Source: Lenisia limosa
Lineage: Eukaryota > Protista > Breviatea
NCBI GenBank assembly: GCA_001655205.1
Contig: LPNZ01009898.1
Coordinates: 1-33,227 of the forward strand
Direction: 5' to 3'
DNA: 33,227 nt
Below the pieces are notes generated by a model. The model saw only the letters and a program-made list of their open reading frames with translations. It had not been told where the DNA came from and ran no database searches. The first letter of the stretch is position 1. Every line of letters starts with the position of its first letter. The translations under genes were made by a program, and so were the position numbers. Positions 10,701-20,037 of this stretch are shown here, piece after piece.

Positions 10701-13700
10701 CAATGACTGTGACATAAGAGCTTCACTTTGTTCATCCTGGCTCTGCCTTCTTGAATTTAGGTTCTCTTCATTTGACTTCAGCTGAGACAATTTCGCCTCC
10801 AAGTCAGTAAGGCCAGCCTTATGCTCATCAAGTTTCTTCGTGTGCTCTTCTTCTCGGTGAGACAAGTCAACTTCATTCGCTTTATTGCTTTCTTCCCTCT
10901 CAGCAAGCAAATGAGACTGCTCTTCAAGTTTAGACAATGCTATTTGAGCGGCAGCCATTTTTTCATCTGACTCTTTACTCAATCGAAGAGCCTCCTGATG
11001 TGATTCGGAAGCAGATGCCCTCAGCGACTCAGCCTCTGCTTGCATAACCTTAACCACTTCTTCTGTTTTGAGAGCTTCAGTAAGACGAGATTCTTTGTCC
11101 ATCTTGGCAGCTTCTATAATGCTCTGAGCCTCAAGAGAAGCTTGACATTTTGAATCTTCAATTTCTTTCTTCGCTTCGGTAATAGCTGCTTCAGCTTCTT
11201 CTTGAGTCTTTGCAAACTCGGCCTTGTGTTGTTCAAAAGCATCAACAGAACATTGGTGCATGGATTGTCTCTCAACTAAATCCTCTTCCTTCCTTTTGAT
11301 GTCTTCGAGCATAGTGTCAATGTCATCAAGTTGTTTCCTAATATCATCCTTTTGGATTGCAGTAGCTTCTTGAAGGGATTTGATTTCCGATTCACGGGCC
11401 TGAGCATCAGCTTCGCGTTCATTCATTATTTCAAGAGCCTTCGATAATTCAGTATCGCGTTTCTCGGCTTCTTTTTGACGACTAGCTAAAACTTCTGCAA
11501 TTGTGTCGTTCTCTGTTTTTCTCTCAATCACCTTCTGGGTATCTGATTCAAGAGATCTTTTCAACAGTGAACAAGCCTCGGACGAAACAGCAAGGGCTGT
11601 TTCTCTTTGAGCTAACATTTCTTGAGCAGCAACGAGAGCCAGAGATTCAGCCGCATGAGATTTCGCCTTCTGCTCGAGCTCTTGAGATTGCACTTCCAAG
11701 TCCTTCTCTTTTTCTGCAAATAACTCTTCCTTCTGAAGGTTTTCAATCTTCTTGAGAGATACCTCTTCCTTTTGAGCTTCCAGTGCTGTTTGATACTCAG
11801 TCAAAGATTGTTTTTCAGCATGTTGAAGTTCATCAACAGCCTTTTGTTCTTCCTTTTGGGTGTCAAGTGTGACGCGTAGTTCTTCAAGAGTTTCAACGTC
11901 AGTGTTAAACGCTGCAATCTTCTGTTCCATTTCCTCAGAATGTGACTTATATTCTTTTTCCTGGCGTGTCAGTTCAGATTGTTTTTCATCCACAGTATGC
12001 AACTTTTTTGCATATTCTTCTTCCTTCAGAGCTAAGATGGCTTTGGTAGCATCTATCTCCGCAAATTTCTCTTCACTCTCCTTTTGCGATGCATCAAGAA
12101 TGACCTTTGCATCTGCAAGGTTCAATTCAAGCTCTTGAAGGTCTGCTTCCTTTTCGATTTGGGCAAGATTCTTCTCCTCAAAGGCAACTTCATAAGCTTC
12201 CAGTGACACTGAGCGTTCGCTCAACTCAACCTCAAGAGCTTCAAGCATCTTGTCCTTCTTGTTTTGGCACTCTTTTTGATCTTCTAAGGTCAAACTGAGA
12301 TCAGATAATTCAGCCTTTCGACGTGAGAGGTCAGACGCAAGTTCAGCAATGTCACTATCCTTTTCTTGAAGCTCAGCTTGGAATTGCATCATTTCCCCCT
12401 CTTTAGTTTCGACATCTGCTTCCCTTTCAGAGATCTCCTGATCCTTTTGCTCCAGAAGGGCTGCTTTACTCTTTAGGTTGTCGTTAAGGGAGTCAATCTC
12501 GGATCGTCTTGCTGAGAGAGCATCGGAATTAGCAATGAAATCGGCTTCTTTCTCTTCAAATGCGGCTTGTTTGGCAGTCATCTCAAGTTCTGATGAGTTG
12601 AGCACAACGAGTCTCTGGTTCAACTCCTGCTCTTGGTGGTGTAAACGGGAGCTGAGGGCATCCATATGCTGTGATTTTTCAGCCAATTCTGATTCAAAGG
12701 AAACAACCCGCTCATCAAAAGCAGACTGTGATCGCAAAAGCTGCTCTTTATCAGACTCAAGCTTTTCAGTTAAATCATTGAGCTCTTTTTGACCCTGAAG
12801 AAGGGTGGCTTGAGCTTCGTTTAATAGAGCAGTATTTAACCTCAGCTCTTCATTGGCATCATCAAGTTTGCTTTGTTTCGCTTTGACTTCAACTGATTGA
12901 GATGAAAGCTCCTCTTGATCATTCTTCAATTGGACCTGAGATTCTTCAAGCTGTGTTGACGTATCGCGAAGGTTCGCAGATAGAGACTCAAGTTCCTCTG
13001 ACTTCGCGTTATTGGCAGCAACTTTAGTGGCAAGAACTGCAGCCGAAGCAGTCATCGCAACTGCAGCAGTGGCAGCAGCAGCTTTCTCCATATCAAAAGC
13101 AGACTTCTTTTCTGCATAATCTTTTTCATTAGCAGCCAAGGTAGCTTCTCGTTCATCAGCAGCTAATTTATCTGATTCATACTTCTGCTGGTCTTCCTTG
13201 AGCTTTAACTGAGCAGTACTGAGTTCACCTTGATCAGAAGCAATTTTATTGCGGATTTCCAGAAGCAATTCTTTTTGTTTTGACAATTCTGCTCCCTTCT
13301 CTTGCTGTTTTTGCTTGGTTTCAGTCAGTTCCTCTTGTAAATCATTCAATTTTGCTTCAGATTCAGCAAATTCATCTCTAGCAAACTGCAGCTCTTGCTT
13401 CTCATGAGAAAGCTGTTGAGCCTCCTGAGTATGGGTTTCTTGCTTCTTCTTTAAGGCAGCTTGTACATTAAAAAGATCTTGGCGTGACGACATGAGAGCA
13501 TCTTGGTTGCTTTGAAGAGTGTTTTGAGCAGTTTCAAGCTCTGCTTGGTCCTCAGCAATTTCGACCTCCTTTGAAGTCAGAACATCTAAACGAGATTGGT
13601 AGGACTCCTCAAGTTCCAAAAGATCAACACCACGTTGTTTCACTGTCTCCAATTGAGAGGCAAGGCACTCCGTCTTTGCCAGCAATTCGGATTCCTTGGT

Positions 13701-16700
13701 GACTATCTCTTGTTCACGGGCAACTAATGCTGCAGTATTTGTAGACAGAATAGACTCGCGTGCGTCATAGTCTTCAACATCTTTTGTCAACTCATCTTGG
13801 TCAGCTTTCAACTTCTCACATGCTTCAGCAAGATCAGCAGATTGAATGTCCACTTCAGTCTGTTTTGCAGTTGATGCCTCCAAGGCTTTGAAGGCCGCAT
13901 CAGAGTGCTGCTGTGCAAGTTCATTTCGTTGAATGGTATCAGCCTCCAAAGTTTCAAGACGGGTAACCATAGCATCAATCTAGATCAGTCATAAAAAGGA
14001 ATATAATATGTGATAGAACACTGGCGTTTACTAGTTTTCCTTTATCATACCTCAGAGCTACGAGTTTCAAGAGTTCGTTCTTTCTCAGCGACAACCAAGA
14101 GATTTTGGCTGACTTCTTCTGTCTTCTCTTGAAGAGCGGCTTTTTGTATGTCAAGATTCTCCTGTGTTGTCTGTTGCTTAGAAGCTGTTCCGTCTTGCTC
14201 AAGAGTTAGTTCGTGAAGCTCCTTATCAAGTTCACTTAGGCGACTTTTCTCTTGGTCGACTTCGGCTAGCTTTTGGTCAAGTTCCGTCTGAGATTTCGCA
14301 GCAGCTTGCTGTAATTCTTCTGCTCTGACCATAGTTAAGTTGGCATCTTGAGTCAAAGTCAGGGCTAAGGCCTTCAGCTTCTCAGCCTCGTGTAGAGCTG
14401 TCTCGGCTTCCTGCTTTTGGTCAGCAGCAAGGGCTTGGAGTTCCATTGCTTCTTCCTAAAATAACATCATTTGTTTTTTTTTTACCCATCATAAGTTATC
14501 AAAATAAAACAGCAACAGCACCTTTCCGCTTGATGATAATAATATATAATAGTATTCAAACTACAGCTTCAGGCAGTCTCTTTTGTATCTTTCCTCAGAG
14601 CAAACCTGGGAAGACAATGCAGCACTTTCCTGAGCAGAAGCCTTTTTCATGGTCTTTTGAGCCTCCTGTGCGACAGAATTCATCTTGGCTTCACGCTCAG
14701 CAATAGATTCATTGTTAGCCTTGACACGGGAGTTAGCAGCTTGTACCTCCTCCTCAGCAAGTTGGACTCGCTCTTCTGCGTGATCTTGGGCAAGTCGGGC
14801 ATTTTCCTTAGCCTCCTCAGCCTCACTTCGACTCACGGCCGTGGCTTTGGCAACTTCAAGTTCGAAGTTATTTAGACGCTCCTGTAGGGTTGAAAAGGAA
14901 AACAGATACTTGCTTTTTTTGCAAACCACAATCATTTGGCTAACCTTTAGAGTTCGTTCCATTTGAAGAACACCACTTTCACGGATTTCAAGATCCTCTG
15001 TTTTCTTTAACACTTCATCAATAGTGGCTTGAAACTCCGCTTTTTTGGCCATAAGGCTGTCCTCTTCTGCCCGAAGAAGTTTGTCTTTCTGAATATGTAT
15101 GAAAATTGGTGTGTTTGGACTGGATGGTAGTAGAATTCAGCAATATCGTATGATAAAAAAAATAGAGATACGAGGGAACCGATATAGATGATACCATCCC
15201 CATCGACTACCTCAGAATTGCAAGCTTCTACAATCTCCATTTCATCACGAGTTTGTTGGAACTGAGAAAACTTCTCTGTAAGCTGTTGAAGCCCTTCCTA
15301 GTATGATGTCAATTAACATACTCTCTTAGTCTTCAAAAAAAAAATCGATAAGAACCCCTGAAGGTGTTGTTTCATCCCACCTCAAGCTTGGCGGCTTCCA
15401 ATTCTGTTTGAGACTCCACGCTGATTCCGATCTGTGAAGCAAGGCTGAAATGGGTCAGTCTGTTCTCAAGACTTCACGTTTCTCTATGATATACAATAAT
15501 ATCAGATGGCATTATATTTTGCTGATGCTTAACCAACTCCCACCGTTTCAGCTCATCTCGTTCTGTTTTGTATCTCATTGCGGCTTTTTTCAATTTCGCG
15601 GCTTGGTTCTCAAGAGCTGCCTGGATATTGTAAATCGGTTCATAAAAAGAGGAGTTCAATAGGCAGTCAAAGAAGGAAGAGTTCGAAGGGATCAATGCAA
15701 ACCTGCCGGTCAGCTTCAGCAGGGGACTGGATATCTTGCCACTTGACAACCTCACCATCTAGCGCCTGCTTCCACACGGTTTCTCTTTCAGTCCACCGTT
15801 CTTGCCATTCCTACAAGGATTAACTGAATCTTGTGATACACCAAGTGAAGTGAAAAAAAGAGCGAGGTGTTCGATCCAACCTCTTCCCTGATCTTCCATT
15901 TTTCTTGGAGAGCAGAGTTTGAAGCCGTTTGCCACCTTTGCAATAAGAGATAAAAATATAATTTGAAAAACAAATTCCATGAACACAAAAATTCAGTCAT
16001 AACCCTTTTCTAGAAATCAAACTGCTACCACAAAATCTAAAACCAATGCTCACTTAGAAAGTGCATTTTCTGCACGAAGGCTTTCCAATGACTGTTCAAT
16101 CTGAAGTACTCTAAAACATGAACTACTTACTCAGTGACAAAGATGATGAATATGACACTACTCATCGGTATTCTGTTTTTTTTTAAAAAAAACTTAGATA
16201 CTACGTTATACTAAAACACAGGAAGAGAGGAATCCATAAATGAGACCCAACCTTTCCGTCTCATGGTCAAGGTCACTTTCAGCCCTGTTTGCTCTGAAAA
16301 AAATAGTGAAACTTGAGGAAAACAAGCTTTCTGCAAGACACATGTATACACACCTTTCAAGATGGACTTGAGTATTCTTCTGCTCATTTTCAAGTGAAGC
16401 CTGAAGTTCTTTCAGCCGAGAAGATTCCTGACGGGACTTGTCCACCGCTTGTTTGGTCACGTTTTGAAGTATGGTGACTGTCTCACGAGAATCGCTCAGA
16501 GCCTTCCGAAGAATCACGTTCTGTAAAATAAGCCATCCACTTCTAATAATGTTATTCCTTTACTTCGGAATGCCAATTACAAAACAAAAAAAAACGCAAT
16601 TTGCAGGATACCCCCCTCTCTCTCTCTCTCTCCACCTACCTCATTTAAGAGTTGCTTTGATTCCTCAGCAAGTTTGTTTCCAGATGGGAGGTTTTCAGGC

Positions 16701-19700
16701 TCATGAGGCGGACTTAATTGTGATAATCGTGTTAAAAAAATAGACAATGTCAGTTTAGCTTACTTTGGCTCTTCTTCAGGCTCGCTTAAGGACTCCGGAT
16801 AATAGTCAGATTCAACAGGGTCCTCTTCCATTGCAAGTTCTCGGGCATAGTCCGCTGTAATTCCTCCATCATCATATTCATCATCCTCTTCGCCATCTTC
16901 GAACTCCTCATCTGAGTAACAGTTAAAATAAAAAAAAACAAAGTAAAAATGAATGGAAGCCAGAAGACAGTACTGTAATGAATAAAAGACGATTCCCCAA
17001 TGATCTAACAAGCACCACGGCTAGCCAGTCATACCAAGCGAAGACTTCAACCCTATATACCTTAAGTCAAAATACCAAAATGTCAACAAGGATATAGTCA
17101 CACCAGTTTACTTTAGTCTATGATTGGGCAAATCACATGTGAGTAGCTTGAACAATCCGCATAGTGTATTACACCACTGTCAAACCCAAAAATTTCTCCC
17201 CTACTCATACCAAGGCTGTTGGTCACAGCGGTACTGATATCTGCGAAGAAAAGAGTGGCTGAAGTTTCTTCGAATGACTTGACCCACGGAGACACATTTG
17301 CCACCTGAAGGTCATTGAGTATGTTGATAATTGTATTGACAATAATAATATGAAAAGCCAGCAGAATCTGCAAGCAGAGAGAATACTACAAAACATCACG
17401 CATCAACCCTACCAGCCATGTTCGACCTTGACCTCCAAAAGATTTCTTCAAAAGGCTAAAAAGGGTCAAATACTGTTCATTGAAAAAAGCCCCCCCTCCA
17501 ACAAAGTCAAGTTTGAATCTCTGTAGTTGATATGCGCACGCTTGTTGCCCCGAGTTTTCGATGCTAAGTCACTAAGAAAGTAAGATGATGACGTTGAGAC
17601 AAACGGAAACGTTTTGAACAATATAATAGATTTGGTATATAAATTAATCAAAATGAATGAACAGCCCTAACAAAAACCCCTCACATTATCACTCTTCCAA
17701 GAAAAGACAGGGACATGTTGATAGCCTTTGCTTCTTGTCCTGAATTGCAATGAATTGGGCAACAACAAAAAGCCAGAAATGCATAACGGTTATTTAATCC
17801 AAGTAACAAAAACCCACGATCGGCCTTCTGAATGTCCTTCTCGCTCCCGGCTAGGATACCGAAGGTCAGAACAACCGTCTCTGGCTCGGGGCTAAGGAGA
17901 TAATATGTCATAAAACTGAACTGTTGACATTTTTTTAAAAAACACTCTGGAGTTTCTGAAAAGATGAAAATAATAAAGATATTAGAGCGTATCCAGATAC
18001 TACCCGATGAATACTGTTACTATATGATATGATTTATTGTTAACTAAAGATATTTGAACAGATACTCAGGAAACAACAAGCAATGATCAGCAATACACCA
18101 ATATGATACAATAGGGCGTCACAAAAGTCAAATAAAAAAGACTGAATTTTCTATTAATCCTTGAAAACTCTCGATATTTTATAGGTCTTTTTCTTAGGGA
18201 AGTGGAGCGTGACAGGCTCTCCCACCTTGTGAACTTGGTGATTGTAAAGTTGACAAGAGTGTGACTGCGTGAAGATGTGGCACGGCACCCCGCGTGGGCT
18301 GTGAGCGATATTAGGCTGAGATAAGTGGAAACAGTATAAGAAAGTAAAAAAATTATCAGAGACTTCTAAAAAACAGGAAACCGTTGTGAACACCTCGTAT
18401 TATCGACCCAAGAGCCCACCAGATTCTCGGGTAGCCAGTGCGCTGGAGAGCATTGAACGCGAGTCGGCTGGTCCCTGAATGTGCACCCTGAATCATAAGC
18501 AATAAACATCACTCTTTGTTGATAAGAAACCAACTTGCATCATCTCAACCCACTAACTCCTGCAATCCGTCAACAAAGGGCCCCGTAATTTTGTTCTCTC
18601 GGATCCGTAGCTTCTTCCTTTTCGCCAATAAATCATATGGCTGGTCTTTGTATAGCTCCACTGCGCTGTAGAGAAGGTTATGAACAAACTTCATAAAAAA
18701 AACAAAGAGAAAATGCAACAGAAAAAATAATGAACTATTGAGATACCCGACGTCTCGATTTTCTTGATATGCAGTTTTGAGACACAACACAGCCCAAAAC
18801 AACACAGTTGCCCACCTTGCTGTGAGCATAATCCGACCTTCTGATCGATTGACCTGGGTTGTGAAGAGAATACAGGAGAACGCTACCATAGCAGGCCCAA
18901 TTTATCAAGTTTGTTCTTCCCACGCCTCTATCCTAGTACCATTTCAGCAAGTTGTACGGCGGCACGCGGGATAATGCCGAGGTCTTTTCGATTTCCAAAC
19001 ATTGTGTGCGTCTTGCCTCTGATACATGAGGGAAAATGGGAAATGAAGTACTGTTGAGCCTTAAAAAAACCCCGCCTACGCTCCAGTTTGACCGTATGCA
19101 AGAACAGTCGCAGGACACCCTGGTCAATTAACAGTTGACTCTTGTTGGAATGGATGTGTTTCCCAAATTTCTGGCAGAAGGCCCATTGTGCCCACCTTGC
19201 ATGACGGTTCTAATAGCCGGGACGCCAATGGCTGCGAAAAGGGACTGCTGGCTTCCTAAATCAGTGAAACATTGAAGCTGACACAGGATTTACCATTTTG
19301 CTCAGAAAAGACAGCATCAAATTGGAATGTTTTCCTTGGGGGTCTGTATGTCCGGCCAGGGGGCTGCTTAAGACGACATTGTCCGCCACTTTTCGGTACA
19401 ACTGGCGATCAGAAAGATTAAATAAACTCAGTATTAAGGAACAGGAATTTGAATGCGGAGAAAGAAATCAGTTGAGAGAGTGTCGGATCAACAAAGGCAA
19501 GGGAACCATAACATTCTTATTTTTGCAACAATTGTAAATATAATGCAGGAACTAGAAGGTTGGAATAAGGTGATACAAACGTAGCTGAACAAAGAATACA
19601 GATGAATATAACCTGAATATAACAGTGACTTGTGATAATTCTGCAATAAAGGTGGCAGTATGCGTGTTAATATAACAAAATATACACGAAAACTGGGAAG

Positions 19701-19863
19701 GAGCATTCAAAGGCGTACTTGTTGGTTTTCGAGTCCCATTCTCAGTCGGCAAATGAGGTCGAATCCGCAACACCACACGCACAGGTTCTAATACAAGCTT
19801 ATTTTGAGACCTAGCACTTGTTCGTGCGAGCTCCAGCCCAACGTTGCCGCTACGTGACTCCAT
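1753..19863 (-). CDS. Giant kinesin-like protein (~4,200 aa, ~52 exons): divergent N-terminal motor, acidic linker, ~3,450-aa coiled coil, PH domain, Pro/Arg-rich tail
   Basis: From ATG 19863, successive GT-AG exons join with compatible phases and no stop: 19863-19719, 19401-19294, 19255-19196, 19119-19080, 19018-18940, 18853-18816, 18665-18558, 18487-18420, 18298-18226, 17891-17818, 17739-17685, 17571-17503, 17455-17413, 17304-17211, 16911-16764, 16712-16640, 16520-16354, 16293-16252, 16110-16054, 15935-15881, 15810-15703, 15620-15544, 15444-15381, 15297-15211, 15088-14945, 14881-14606, 14455-14051, 13979-10458 (or 10470), 10312-9830, 9720-9619, 9525-gap, 8987-8775, 8669-8625, 8531-5118, 5018-gap, 4681-4604, 4498-4295, 4216-4136, 4004-3802, 3668-3550, 3498-3393, 3344-3257, 3166-3129, 3073-2999, 2929-2860, 2677-2579, 2523-2449, 2373-2317, 2285-2212, 2124-2026, 1951-1898, 1834-1753. 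Two exon ends are hidden in N-gaps, and the last 2-3 exons are less certain. Confidence 0.8.
2335..3035 (-). other. Pleckstrin homology (PH) domain encoded by five small exons
   Basis: Spliced: ALKGMLTKLARGR-FKNWKIRTFELKNRVLTYYKHQQ-SSEGMTEKGCVTVHNMLVAPVPYQVYKRNFCFQ-LTPSDPSDKAKGLVMHAREEVEFDM-WLKALRIA. This shows the typical PH beta1/beta2, LxYY, KGxI/V, F.F.L and a C-terminal helix with the invariant Trp. Confidence 0.9.
2744..2847. other. Assembly gap (N), inside a PH-domain intron
   Basis: N run. Confidence 1.
4731..4820. other. Assembly gap (N) hiding a kinesin-stalk exon end; flanked by poly-C
   Basis: N run. Confidence 1.
5118..8531 (-). other. Giant coding exon 2 (3,414 nt, phase 0-0): K/E-rich coiled coil containing the tandem array
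   Basis: Acceptor taatag|TTGGAA at 8531 (the ORF-track 'M' is a TTG Leu); donor CAG|gtactg at 5118. Confidence 0.9.
6372..7841 (-). repeat. Coding tandem repeat: 35 x 42 bp (14 aa, consensus about EKLEAxKEELKKEE) with higher-order units of 546 and 420 bp
   Basis: The landmark tccatcaattctgccc (RAELME) recurs at 6631, 7051 and 7597, giving spacings of 420 = 10x42 and 546 = 13x42. Distinctive monomers (MRADKENLKNE, IEAQREDMKKKE, DNIQxVKEKL) recur in the same order. Confidence 0.92.
9162..9222. other. Assembly gap (N) hiding a kinesin-stalk exon end; flanked by poly-C
   Basis: N run. Confidence 1.
10458..13979 (-). other. Giant coding exon 1 (3,522 nt, phase 0-0): non-repetitive E/L/A/K/S/Q-rich coiled coil
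   Basis: Acceptor ctag|ATTGAT at 13979; donor AAG|gtttga at 10458 (alternative GAG|gtgtat at 10470). Corresponds to ORF 10452-13970, whose M is an internal Met. Confidence 0.85.
16617..16632. repeat. (CT)n microsatellite in a kinesin intron
   Basis: ctctctctctctctct directly visible. Confidence 0.7.
17211..19790 (-). other. Kinesin motor domain (exons 1-14 of the giant gene)
   Basis: Spliced translation: PVRVVLRIRP...FQFDAVFS...VLAYGQTGAGKTHTMFG (P-loop)...DLGIIPRA...SAVELYKDQPYDLL...LRIRE...GPFVDGL...SSRSH (switch I)...LTFGILAGSE (switch II, degenerate)...EAKAINMSLSFLGRVI...HINYRDSNLTFLLKKSFGGQGRTWLVANVSP...EETSATLFFA. Confidence 0.95.
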
Positions 19864-20037
19864 TTCAGACCGTGTCTTAATCCCTAATTTATATAGACAG
19901 ACTACATAATAAATAAAAAACTATCAGCAGAATGAATGATTGAATGATTGCGCGAAAAAAAGTTTGTTTTTATACCGGGGCGTGCCGGGGACCGTTTCCA
20001 TTGGCTGCACCTTTCTTCATGGCTGCTCTTTGTACTT
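19864..20037. promoter_or_regulatory. Putative bidirectional promoter (174 bp) between the kinesin (-) and ETF beta (+) start codons
   Basis: Head-to-head ATGs at 19863 (-) and 20038 (+). Inferred from position only; no specific motif recognised. Confidence 0.5.

Noticed and set aside
11501-12792. Plus-strand S/L/F-rich ORFs
   Set aside because: Same antisense artefact, opposite giant exon 1.
5097-13970. Treating ORFs 5097-8531 and 10452-13970 as two stand-alone intronless genes
   Set aside because: Both have good acceptors and donors at their ends, one starts at a TTG, and the intervening small exons continue the same frame and coiled-coil pattern.
2125-18815. Seven stop-free 3n introns in the kinesin (2125-2211, 2930-2998, 4217-4294, 14882-14944, 16294-16353, 17740-17817, 18666-18815) as programmed intron retention
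   Set aside because: With about 51 short introns, roughly a third are 3n and a fair fraction of those lack stops by chance. The number is not clearly above expectation, and retention would break motor and PH motifs.
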